64,000 nucleotides of DNA from Lama glama. Taxonomy: Eukaryota. This document shows positions 52,691 through 64,000 of the stretch, in pieces (position 1 is the stretch's first letter; each line of letters opens with the position of its first letter). The stretch lies in assembly GCA_028534125.1 (NCBI GenBank), contig CM052816.1, positions 14,324,001-14,388,000 on the forward strand, read 5' to 3'. A program made the position numbers and the translations under genes. The notes under the pieces are model-generated. The model did not search any database and was not told the origin of the DNA. It worked only from the letters and a program-made list of their open reading frames with translations.

Positions 52691-55600
52691 GTGCGTTGTG
52701 GGATGGGGAGGGTGGGCATGGGCATTAGGAGCTTTTAAGGGGCCAGGTTGGTAGGCTCCTTCAGCCTGGGGACTTCAAGGAGAGCTCTGAGGAACTGGCC
52801 CTATGAGTGAACAACTCCCCTGCCCCCTGGACATAGAACTCCAAGGAGCAGTTTCCTCCGTGGGTTGGTTCCATTGCTGCTTGCTCCTAAAAAGTCCTGG
52901 AGTAGAAGGGATCTTGGTTAGGCAGGAAAGACTTTCTGAGTTTAAAGCTATATCCTAAGTCAGCCCTATCAGCCAGGTTTCCTTAACACAATTAAATCGA
53001 AATACCTGAAGGCATACATTTTGTGTAATGAACTAATTTCTCTTCTCTGCATATAGAGTGCTCCTAGCTAAGCAACATCCTTGACAGAATTGAGAAGATA
53101 GTCACTCAAAGCATTTCTCTAAGGCTTAATTAAACACAGGACCTAAGTGAAAAACACTCCCAGTTTCTCTGGGAAAATATCAAAATGTTGCCTTCATGGG
53201 AAGATACTTTGACCCCAGCTTGTCAAGGCTAATGTTCTAATTACTTCTTTCAGAAGTGGGGTGGACTTGCCTCAGTGGCCCATCCACTACAGCGGGAGTC
53301 TTCAGACTTTCTGTATATGGCCAAACAGTAAATATTTTATGCTTTACTGGCCAGACAGCTTCTGTTGCTACTACTAAGCTCTGCGCTTGTAGCTCGAAAG
53401 CAGCCATACACAATACACAAATGGGCGTGGCTGTCTGCCTGTGAAACTTGACTGACACTGAAATTTGAGTACACATAATTTTCACACATCATAAAATAAT
53501 ATTTTGAGTTTTAAAAACTTTCAAAATGTAAAAACTATTCTTAATTCATGAGCTGTACAAAAATAGGCAGCAGGCTAGATCTGGCCTGTGGGCTGAAGGT
53601 TCCTGACTTCTGCCCTGGAGGTTTGTGGGAGCAGTATCTGCACATGCCTGTGAAACCACCGTCTCAGGTTATGTCTAACACCCTGTCTACTAACTGTGGC
53701 GTGACCTTGGGTCACAGTCTGGGTGTCTGCTGAAACCCCTCCCTAGTTCCCCATCATCTGCAGAATTAGATCCAAGACCCTCAAAGTGGTATTCAGGGCC
53801 CTCCAAGAATACCTGGCCTCTTCTTGACTGTCACGCTTGAACCAGCACAGCATTTGCATGTGGGTTGCTTGGCCCATGGCTTCTGTTAGATGAAGCGCCA
53901 GTCAGGGTTCTGGGTGGAAGCCACTGAAACTGACTCTGGCTAACTTAAGCAGAAAAAGAGTTTATTGGCTAGATTCTGGGGGGCTTGCAGAATTGATGGG
54001 AAGGCTGGAAGGTTGGAAAATGGACATGATGAAGCTCAGGGAAAGAACAGGAATGCTGTGTGGCTCAGGCATGGCTAAGGCTGTATTACAGGGACAGGCT
54101 GATAATTTTGTGTGGATGGGGCTGCCACTGTCATTCATTCAGCAGATACTCACTGAACACCTACAGTATGCCAACCTGCTCTAGGTGCCAGGGATATAGC
54201 AGTGAGTAAAAAGAACACACCCCCCTGCATTCCTAAAGCTTAAATTGTGGTGGGCAAGACAGAATAAACAAGTGAATTGGCAAAATATAGAGTATGCTAG
54301 GTGATGATAGGAGGGAAGCAGAAAAATGAAGCAGGGAAAGAGGGGAATGTTCAGGCGGGGAGGAGGGGATTAGTGTTGGATGTGGGGGCAGGGATGGTCT
54401 CTCTGAGAAAGTGACATTTGTAAAGGCCTAAAGAGGTGAGTTAGCTGTGCAGTTCCTGAAGGAGAGCATTGCTGGCAAAGGCAACAAACACCATGTGCAA
54501 AGACCCTGAGGTAGAACTGCTTGGAGCAGGATTCCTAAGGAGGAGAGAGGTAGCCAGGGGCCAGATTATGTACGGCCTTTGTTAAGACTGTCCATTACTC
54601 AGAGTGAAATGAGAGGCCGTTAGTGTGTTATGAGAAGAATGATCTGATTTGGGGGGGGCTCTTTTATTTCCATCTTTTTATTTTTAAATGTTTCAAATAT
54701 TCAGAAAAGCAGAAAGAAGAGTACAGTACCATTTACCTAGATTCACCAATTGTTAACATTCTGCCACATTTGCTTTCATCTCTTGTGCTCATGTCCTGTC
54801 TGTACACACATACACACACATTTTTTTTATGAGCCACTTGAAAGTAAGTTCCAGACATCCTAACACTTTACCTCTAAATCCTTGAGCACATATCTCCTCA
54901 GAATAGACACATTCTCTTAGATAATCACAGTATTATTATCATTAAGAAAATTAAAAATAATTCCACAACATCATCTAATATAAATTATATTAAAATTTTC
55001 CCTAATTGTCCACATTTATCTTTTATAGTTTTTTAAATTAATCCAGTGTCTAGTCAGGCTTTTTAAAATCTGCAGCCATCCTCCTGCCTTTTATATGGAT
55101 TTTATAACTGACTTTTTAATGAGACTGAGGAGTTTGCTGCTCCACAGGGAAGTCTTCCCCGGCCCAGAGGAGGGCCTGTGCACAGCTGACATTACTGCTT
55201 CATGTCCCCACTCCTAGACAGTGAGCTCTCCCAAGGTAGCTGCTGTGTCCCTCAGTTCTCTGGGTGGCCTTGTGCCTCTCACATACTGGTTGCTCAGGGA
55301 ATATCATGTCAGTAGTTAAGTCTGATGTTCACTTGCGTGCTAATCATAGTCATTTCGATCATCAGTGTGCTGAGTGCTAGAGATTGGGCAGTGAACAAGA
55401 CAGACACAGCCCCACTCTCCTGGAGCTTACAGTCTAGGAGGGGAAGAGGCATTAAACAAGCAATGGATGGCAGTTGGGATTGGAGCACTGGGTAGGACTC
55501 AAGATCTGACTTGTTTCTCTCAGATCTGACAGTTTCTCCTGGTGGAGCAGCCCTGACTCATTCCTGAGTACCCTCTGGGCTTCCAGGAACTGGGGGCTGA

Positions 55601-58600
55601 AGGGGTTCATAGCTGTGGCCTCTCTTGGCAGGGAGCACCCCGCTTGGCTGCTACAAGAAGCTGATTGAGTACTATAAGAATGGAGACCTGTCCTTCAAAT
55701 ATGTGAAGACTTTCAACATGGATGAGTATGTGGGTGAGTCTTTGTATTTTGAGGTCTTACCTGGTTCCAGAAGAGTTGACTCCTCCTCTCACAGGATCAG
55801 CTCAGAAGAGGATCCAGGATGTCTCAGGAAACCAGTGACGTTGGCGGTAGGCTCAGTTGATGATACCTGTATCTTCCAGGCCTTGGTTTACCCAGCTATG
55901 ATATGAGGGTAATAAAGCTGACCTCATAGGCTGCAAGCATTAAGTGATGTAACAGAAGTGGAAGCTTCTTATACAGAGCAAGTGCTTAATAAATATTAGT
56001 GTATCTCCTCCTCTGCCTCCTCCCCAACTCCATGCCGTTTCTTTCTGGAACAAATGATTACAAATGGGATCTGGAGTCCTATGGCTGGGATGTGTTCCCC
56101 CCAGTGTCTGTGCTGGACTGTCTCTCCACTGTTCACCTTCCAGTTCCCCTTCCTGCCAAGTGCCCTGGGAGGGGAGCTGAGACTGGTGTCCTTTTCTATT
56201 GCTGAAAAGTGGCACCTTGGGCTTCTGTTACCCTCCCCACCTACCAGCATCATTTTGTAATGGCTTCACTTTATTCTTGTTTTTTTTTTTTCCCCGTTTT
56301 ACAGAGGCACTGGGGATTGAACCCAGGACCTTGTGCATACCAAGCACATGGTCTACCACTGAGCTATACCCCCTACCCACATGGTTTCACTTTAAACATT
56401 CTTTTTTTTTTTAATTGTGGTAAAATACGCATAAAGTTTACCATCTTAACCATTTTTACGAGTACTGTTCAGCAGCATTAAGCAAGTTCACAGTGTTGTG
56501 CAACAAATCTCCAGAACTCTTTTCATCTTGCAAAATTGAAACTCTCTACCCGTTAAATACTTACTACCCATTTCCCCACTCCCCCAGCCCCTGAAACATG
56601 CATTTTAAACATTCTTTTTCTTCTTGACTGAAAAAAAACCTTTTGGGGAAGCCCTGAAATAATTCTCTCCAACCACCTGGTGTTCAAGTTGGGGTTCAGG
56701 CTAAGCAGGGTATAACTAGGGGTGAGTGATGGGGTGAGAGGCACAGGGAAAGGGGCGTGCTTGCTTCTTTGCCCAGATGGGCCCAGCCTAACCGCAGGAG
56801 GCTAGCCCACCTCCAGAGGGCCAGAGTGGCCCTGGCCTCCAGTCATTCCCTGTGAAAAGGAATCAGAATGAGGGGATTCCTCAGGTCCCCGGTGTGTAGC
56901 TCCTGTGGCTCAGTTCCACGGCCGCGGGCCATGGTGGTGGGTAGACGGGCACAGCAGCCCAGCCTCTCCCGCGCGACTGAGGGTGCGAGGGCTGGCTCCC
57001 TGATGAGCACTTCCCTGGAAGTGCCTCCCAGGGTCTGGGGGTATCCCAGCTGTGCCTCTGCCTGGCCTGACAGTGCGGCCGCGGCTCCACAGGCCTTCCT
57101 CGAGACCACCCGGAGAGCTACCACTCCTTCATGTGGAACAACTTCTTCAAGCACATTGACATCCACCCAGAAAACACCCACATTCTAGACGGGAACGCAG
57201 CTGACCTGCAGGCCGAGTGTGACGCCTTTGAAGAGAAGATCAAGGCTGCGGGCGGGATTGAGCTGTTTGTTGGAGGTGAGCTCAACACTGCAGTGCCCAG
57301 CGCGGGCCCAGCGCGGCTGGGACATAGGGGAAGGAGGACAAGACCCACGCCTGTCTCCACACAGCTTCCTCTCTCTGCATGGCTGACAGTGCGGGCCATT
57401 TCTTAGCCTGAGGCAGCAGGGCAGGCACAGAATAGGAGCCCTGATTTTGGGCATCTCCTCTTTCTGCATTTGTCTGTCTTATCTGTCAATTGAGGTGTTT
57501 GGATTTGGACTCAAGAGTCTATTCCCCAGTGAAGGTTTTATGATCAGTCCTGGGGCTTAGTTAAACATTCAAAATCACAGCCTCATATAGCTTCAGAAGA
57601 TTCTACCATCAGCCTCTGCATGCTCTAGATAGCATTGAACCCCAGAGACATTTTGTGACTTGTCCAGGGTCAGCCGGTTGGAGCGGTGGAGAGAGGGTGG
57701 GACCTCTGGTGCCTCCTTGTCAGGTCTGTGCTGGTTCCTACCCTGAGCTGCCCTCTTACATTTCCATCTGTCACTGCCTCTGGGGTTACCCACACGGATA
57801 TGCAGTTGAACAGTCTCTCTGTTGCTCCAAATTTAACCCTTCTTTACTTCAAGGTGGGGAGGAAGAGGCTAGGAGTGCTCATGTTCTGAGATTTTATAAA
57901 CTTGGCAGTCCCTTTCCAGGCCCTGTGTTTTGTTCGCTGCAACTTTATCCCAGGGGTGGGACCCCTGACTACTGGCAGGAGAGAAAGAAGTTACACTTGG
58001 ATGATGTGGGGAGGCAGAAGCTTTCTGGATTGCTCCCTGCTTAGCTTTCTAAGGGTGGTAGCAAGTTAACAATGTCTATGTGTGCCTCAGATGGAAATGA
58101 GAGAAGATCATATGCTTAAAGTCTACCTGCCCATGGGGTGAATGAGGCAAGAGAGACAGATTTTTTCAGACCCCAAGTCGGGAAGAAGAGATTATTCATT
58201 CTTGAAATCTTGGATCCCTGGGACTGACAGGGCTGCATTGACTGTCTCTCCTGGGCAGGCATTGGCCCTGATGGACACATTGCCTTCAATGAACCGGGCT
58301 CCAGTCTGGTGTCCAGGACCCGTGTGAAGACGCTGGCTATGGACACCATCCTCGCCAACGCTAGGTTCTTTGATGGAGATCTCGCCAAGGTGCCCACCAT
58401 GGCCCTGACAGTAGGCGTGGGCACTGTCATGGATGCTAGAGAGGTAAGGATCAGGGGATCCACAGGCCTTTACTGGGGGGCTGGACTTACCTTTTTGCTA
58501 TTAAACGATACAGTTACCACCTGAATACATGTTTGTTAAAAATAAAGACATTCTAAAATAAGGCTAAAATTCCAAGTGACCCTATCACTGATCTCCTTCC

Positions 58601-61057
58601 TCTGTGGAGGTAACCATGGTTCCCAGTGTAAGCTGAAACCTTTCAGCACTGACTGCCCAGGAGGCCCCAGGCTCCTGGTCTCTACTTACTTACCTACCCC
58701 TTTCCAGTTGTCACAGGCAATAGGAGCCCCACTCCACTAATGTCAGAATGTGACTTGTACCTGCTCAGATACTGAGAGGAGCCCTCTGGTTCTCTGCAGT
58801 GGTGGTCACTGAAGGGAGCTCCCCTTGCAACTGCAGGAGGCTTGTGGTTGTAGCTCTGTGCTCAGATTCATAAATGTGGACAAGTGTGATAGATATGTAA
58901 GTGTCTTGAGTTGAATTTAGTGAGTCTTTCCATAGAAAGTTAGGTATTATTTGAATTTTTTGTGGTTCCAGTTTCCTTACTTGCATTAGAAGAATTTTCT
59001 CTTTATTTCTGGGATATATTCAGTGGAAAGCAGCTACAGACATTTTAGATTCAGGTTTCTTTGCCCAAGTCTGTAAATAAACATGTAAATCAGTGAAAAT
59101 GATTCCCAGTCTAAAGTGACTTTTGTGAAATGAGCAATAGCACCAGATTTCTGTTGGGCGATTTTGAGTCAGTACCTAGGGAGGTCACTGTTTTTGGCCT
59201 TGCAGCCTGTAAACACTACATCTAAGGGCTTTTCCTGTTCTGTGTGGTGTTCCTTGATCTGGGAAAGGACCTGGGGCTGGGAATTATGAAATTCTCTTTT
59301 CTAAAATGAGTTCTGGGGTCCTGAGCAGAATCACATTTTCTCTATGCCTCTGTTTTCTCATCTTTCAAGAAAGGAACAGCAAATCCTGCTCACAATCCAT
59401 GGTACAAGTGAATTCCAGTGAAAGGGTATCTGCAGAGCTGAGTTCTTTCTAATCACTTTCCAGCACTTACATGTCCTGATACTTTAACTGCTGAGACGAG
59501 TTTGTGCGTTTTGTTTAGACAAAAAGCATTACTCTAAGTCACATGAGTAGGTCTGATACTCTGAACTGAAAGTGACCAGTTTAAGGGGCAGCCTTGTTGA
59601 GGTCTGACCTTAGTAGCCACACAGGTAACTTCCAAGGCCTCCTTGTAGGTGGTGCAGATTGGGTCCCCTCTTTTATCATTTATGACTGTGAAAGCTCACC
59701 TAGCCTAGGAGCCCCTGGGCCCAGGATCGGAACTGCTGGGATAAGGAGTGGGCCTTTGTATGGCGCATCTGTTATGGGGCACTTTCACAGTCGTCGTCAA
59801 AGGGGCCAGGAGGCAGTAATAACGTGGCAGTCAAGAACATGGAGTCTGAGTCAGAAACAACCTGGGGCAAGTTACTTAACCCCCTGTCACAGAGCCTACT
59901 TCCTTATCCAGGACATGGGGATAAGGGTGCTCCCCACCTCAGGCTACTTGTTTGATAAAGCACACAGAGCATGGAGCACAGTGTGCCGCATGCTAACTAC
60001 TTACAGCGGTATATAAAAACAACAGTTCTTACAATCGTTTTGGGTGGCCAGACTAGAATGCAGGTGTCTGGATGCCCAGCTCCGCTGCTCCTTCTCCTCC
60101 ATCACAGACTTGTTTTCCAATCCCCAGGTGATGATCCTCATCACAGGTGCTCACAAGGCCTTTGCTCTGTACAAGGCCATTGAGGAGGGGGTGAACCACA
60201 TGTGGACCGTGTCTGCCTTCCAGCAGCATCCCCGCACGGTGTTTGTGTGCGACGAGGATGCCACCCTGGAGTTGAAAGTGAAGACCGTCAAGTATTTCAA
60301 AGGTGACAGAGGAGTGGGCTGGGCTGGTGGCCAAGTTCAGGTGTGCCAGGAGTGAGGCATGAGTCTAGCTTGCATGCTTTGGCCACTTTAACTAGACAGC
60401 TCTGATTTTAATAAAAATCAAACCCTACCCTCAGAACACAGCTTTCTCTTCCATCTATGACTGCAAGGGTCCATTTCTGGAGGCCTGTTTGCTCTGAAGA
60501 GAAGGGAAGAAAGTGAAATGAAAAGTCATAGTTTCAAGAGCTATTTGGTAATCTCCTTGCAGCGATACTGAGCTTCAGGTTTTTCAGTCTTTCTAGAACT
60601 CGTACGGGCCTTTTCCTTCTAGGCAAGGCACTGAACTGTCAGGAAGATTTTTTCCCTTCCCTTTAAAAGGACACTCACATTTAGTGAGCAGGCAAATTAG
60701 GGATTTGTTCTTTGGTGAAAAGATTAACCTTTTAATGGCCAACTCTTCTAGAGGCTGAATTAATAAAGGCCACATGGATTCTAGCATTCATTAGCAGTAA
60801 CAACTTCTTTTCCTGTTCTTAGAGTGTTTATCATTTGGGGCCACAGAGGAAAGATGATGAGTCAGTTCTGGGACAGAATTTGAGAGCTCCTGGATGTTAG
60901 TGCTGATACTCTGCCTCTACCTGCATTAACGACTTTTTGTTTTTAATTTTTTGTAGGTTTAATGCTTGTTCATAACAAGTTGGTGGACCCCTTGTACAGT
61001 ATCAAAGAGAAAGAAACAGAGAAAAGCCAGTCTTCTAAGAAACCATACAGTGATTAG
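52567..61057 (+). CDS. GNPDA1: Glucosamine-6-phosphate deaminase 1 (oscillin), spliced CDS join(52567..52690,55632..55733,57093..57275,58259..58443,60128..60302,60957..61057), 289 aa
   Basis: Exons splice in frame with GT-AG boundaries and total 870 nt. Protein reads [25 protein letters not shown]...LGLPTGSTP...TFNMDEY...[17 protein letters not shown]...[17 protein letters not shown]. NagB-family catalytic D72/D141/H143/E148 are present. The C-terminal tail is the GNPDA1 type rather than GNPDA2. Confidence 0.98.
53290..53612. mobile_element. MER58B-like hAT-Charlie MITE (intron 2)
   Basis: ggccaaacagtaaatattttatgcttt...ctctgcgcttgtagctcgaaagcagccat...ggctagatctggcctgtgggctg. Confidence 0.8.
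54130..54650 (-). mobile_element. L2 fragment (intron 2)
   Basis: tcattcattcagcagatactcactgaacacctacagtatgcc...ccatgtgcaaagaccctgagg. Confidence 0.75.
55632..55733 (+). CDS. GNPDA1: GNPDA1 exon 3
   Basis: ggcag|GGAGCACC...GTGG|gtgagt; encodes [33 protein letters not shown]. Confidence 0.97.
56274..56380 (-). mobile_element. Vic-1-like SINE in GNPDA1 intron 3
   Basis: SINE body with TSD atgg(c/t)ttcacttta at 56260-56273 and 56381-56394. Confidence 0.9.
57093..57275 (+). CDS. GNPDA1: GNPDA1 exon 4
   Basis: ccacag|GCCTTCCT...GGAG|gtgagc; encodes [35 protein letters not shown]...IELFVG. Confidence 0.97.
58259..58443 (+). CDS. GNPDA1: GNPDA1 exon 5
   Basis: gggcag|GCATTGGC...AGAGAG|gtaagg; encodes [29 protein letters not shown]...MDARE. 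Confidence 0.97.
60128..60302 (+). CDS. GNPDA1: GNPDA1 exon 6
   Basis: ccccag|GTGATG...TTCAAAG|gtgaca; encodes [35 protein letters not shown]...KYFK. Confidence 0.96.
60957..61057 (+). CDS. GNPDA1: GNPDA1 exon 7, coding part with stop
   Basis: T-rich tract ttgtag|GTTTAATG; encodes [35 protein letters not shown] at 61055-61057. Confidence 0.97.
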
Positions 61058-62465
61058 CCTGTGCTAATCCTAGTGTCAAGTACCTCATTGGGACAGGCGG
61101 GTCTTTCTGGAAATTGTCTTTGGGAGGACAGAATTATATTTCTTTAATCTAGTATGGTTACTCCAGATAAGTGGGTGAACTTACTGTTCTTAGCTCTGCA
61201 GTGTGGAGTCCAGTCCTGGAGTTTAGCTACTTGTTTGTAACTTACTCTTAATCAGAAAAAAAGAAAAAAAATCACTCCATAATTTTGATGTCGCCCCACC
61301 GACTAGGGGTTTTCAGCTTTTTATCCTGCCTCTGACACTGTTCACATGTGCAGTACTCTCCTGTTAGGACTTTCTATCATTCTGGGCACTGACTGTCAGC
61401 TGAGAGGGAGTTAGGAGCTTATGTACATTGGACAAAACCTCTTTGGAGAATCTTAAGAGCCCCCCTGAAGCAGGCTTGTCCCTTATTTGAAAATCACTGT
61501 TCCCGATTGAGGAACGAACACTCTCAATGTCTAACATCAGTGTAGGGAAGCCGTCCCTCTGGTCAGTAACAAGCGCTGTGGGAAGGAAACTGTCCCTTAC
61601 TTTCTTTCCCCAGTTGTTTTTTCCTGCTGTCTCATTTGGCCTTTCCGTGAACTCAGAGGACTCCTTGGGTGGGTGGAGCTAAAGAGAAGGCTTTTGCTGA
61701 TAAAACCCAGAGCCTCAAAGGGCCCAGCCAGGTCAAACTCCCCTCCCTCAGGGGCCCTCCAGCACCGGGAGGGAGGCGGAAACCTTTTTCCCACCAGAGC
61801 CCTGTGTTTTGTTCCAAGGTCTCAGTGTGGCGCCTCTGACATACTCACTCATACGTAGGCAGTCCACTGGGGCAACAGACACCGCCAGGATTCACTGTTG
61901 TGTTCAACGAGGTTATGGGGCCAGGGCAAGCAGCTCGATGATTAGTTTAGAAACAACACACAAATCACAAGTTCTCCTGTGTCCCTGAGAGTTGAGTGCC
62001 AAAAACATACCAACTGCTTCTGAGGCCGCTTACTATCCTTTCCCCACTTAAAATACCCTGCCCTCCTTACCCTCCCGGGTTCACGTGGCAAGGTCTGATG
62101 TTCCCTAGACATCAGGAAATACACTGCTTTTGCCCTTTTATTGGCCCCTCACCCTTTGTTCACAAAATGAGTTTATTGCTCTGCCTTCTGTTTACTCTTA
62201 TGCCTGGATGGTGTGGATGCTGCCTCCTCCTCCTTCCTATTTTTTGTGCCTGTTCGAAGCTGCTGCTGCTTCTATTTCTAGGAAAGACCTTTCAGAGCCT
62301 GGCTTAGGCCTCTCTGTAAGTGCTGTGTCTGGTACCAGCGTTTCATCTTTAGCTTTTATACGTGATTGTGCTATCATGCTGTTTTAAGCTAATGGATCAG
62401 TGGACTTGTTTACAATGTGATATTTTCTATTAAATCCAGTATTTTCAAGTAAAATGTGTCATTTA
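61058..62465 (+). other. GNPDA1: GNPDA1 3'UTR (end approximate)
   Basis: Repeat-poor unique sequence after the stop codon, ending at candidate poly(A) hexamers. Confidence 0.65.
62429..62453 (+). terminator. Candidate poly(A) signals ATTAAA (62429-62434) and AGTAAA (62448-62453)
   Basis: Variant hexamers followed by GT/T-rich sequence (tgtgtcattt ... ttggtttagggtgatgttt). Confidence 0.6.
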
Positions 62466-62904
62466 TGGACTTCTACCCCCAAAGGTCAGAAGTTGGTTTA
62501 GGGTGATGTTTACGTATTTTGGGAAAAGCTAGTGAGCAAAGCTTCACACTCACTCCTCACAGTGGCACGGCAGAAGTCACAGTCACAGCAACTGTTGGTC
62601 TCTTCTTCAGTCACCAGAGGGGGAAATAATCAAAATATTTCATAGAAGGGAAGCGCCTGTGTGAAAAAATGGTAGGAATGAAGAGATGAGCAATAAATTG
62701 TCATGTTCTGGGTCTGCTTGGTATCCAAACAAGGATACAGCTATTAAAAAGAATAAGGCAGATTTGTGACCAGGAGGGGTCTATAAACTGCAAGTTATGG
62801 AAACTAAGGGGTTTTTTTTTTTAGTTAATAAAGTCAATATAGTGGAACATCTTGGATCAGTATAACCATCTGAGGTTCAAGTAGAAGTTGGAAGAAGGGT
62901 TTAA

Positions 62905-63260
62905 TTTTTTAACAATCGTATTAAGATAATTTACATGCCGATAAAATTGACCTGTTTTAAATGTAAGTTTATGATTTTGACTGGGTTTATGGAGTTGTAC
63001 AATTCCTCACCACAATCCCTCTCATCCCCTACTCCGATCCCAGCCCGGGTGACCACTGATCTGCTTTGTCTCTAAAGATTTATCTTTGGTGGACAGTTCA
63101 CATATAAATGGAACCATACAGCATTACATCTTTTGGGTCTGGCTTCTTTCACTAAGCATGTTTTTGAGGTTTATCCACATAACATGTAGCGAGCAGCCCA
63201 TTCTTTTTTATTGCTGCAGAGTATTCCATTGTGTGGATGTACCTCATTTTGTTTATCCAG
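62905..63260 (-). mobile_element. Old L1 fragment downstream of GNPDA1
   Basis: ggcttctttcactaagcatgtttttgaggtttatccac...gagtattccattgtgtggatgtacc. Confidence 0.8.
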
Positions 63261-64000
63261 TAACAAAGGAATTAAACTTTAAGTAGATGTGTTGTAAGAC
63301 AAAAATCGTTTTAGAATGAAGTGAGAAAGGACTTAGTGATGACAGCTAAACTGGAGATGTCTGTTAAAGGAGAGACCTTAAAGAGATTTGTCTCTTAGGC
63401 CTGTGTTTCCCTTGTAGCCCAAGAGCAGTGTCATCCTGCCACGACTAGTTCTTAATGTGAATCAAGTGGGCTGTATACTCCTGAGCCAGACTGGGCCTCT
63501 GATACTACTCAGGGCTTCTTGGAGAGGAGCAATTATATGTTTAGGGGCAGGGATAAGAGTGGGCCTAGAATATTTTGTTGCCAGAAAACAAAGATGCTTT
63601 AAGAAAATGTCCAAGCCAGTACTGAGAGGGCAAAGCATCCAGTTTAATGAGGCTCCCATTGGCCAGGCTGTGACAATTTCATCAATAAAGAAACACTAAG
63701 TACAGCTAGGTGGAACAGGTTCAATCTATCTATAAAACCTCAAGTGTGATACTCAAAAAGGTAACATTAAGTATATATGGAGTTGTATTTCAGGAAGAGT
63801 GGATGGGATGTACTTCAAGTTTCATCATTTAGTAAAAAGTAGCAGCATGTTGACATAAAAATGGACATCACCTCTCCCATTCAATACGTCTATTTATAAA
63901 GTAGACATGGATACAAGAGCCTGGCCTCCTAGCCCCACCCCAGATAAATCTATGCCTTACTCCCTTACTTCCTCAGGTCTCTGCTCAAATGTCATTTATC

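Noticed and set aside
1..64000. CRISPR arrays, operons or other prokaryotic systems
   Set aside because: The sequence is mammalian; no regularly spaced repeat-spacer structure was seen.

Overview
This is mammalian genomic DNA, very probably camelid (alpaca or camel): at least 7 copies of a tRNA-derived Vic-1-like SINE and cetartiodactyl-type L1 3' ends are present. The only intact protein-coding gene is GNPDA1 (glucosamine-6-phosphate deaminase 1) on the + strand. It has a CpG-island promoter and non-coding exon 1 at ~51.7 kb, then six coding exons (52567-61057; 124+102+183+185+175+101 = 870 nt = 289 aa + stop, all GT-AG) and a 3'UTR to ~62.46 kb. The first ~51 kb is gene-free and rich in repeats (L1, L2, MIR, solo LTRs, hAT and mariner MITEs, microsatellites), with a few motif-dense unique islands. 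The most notable non-obvious element is a nearly full-length but decayed hAT (Blackjack-type) transposase at ~43.0-46.5 kb. It is split by L1/SINE insertions and ends in a MER53-like terminus. Most entries in the ORF track are spurious. I see no convincing evidence of a wholly new biological system. Repeat family names come from recalled consensus sequences and need Dfam/RepeatMasker confirmation.
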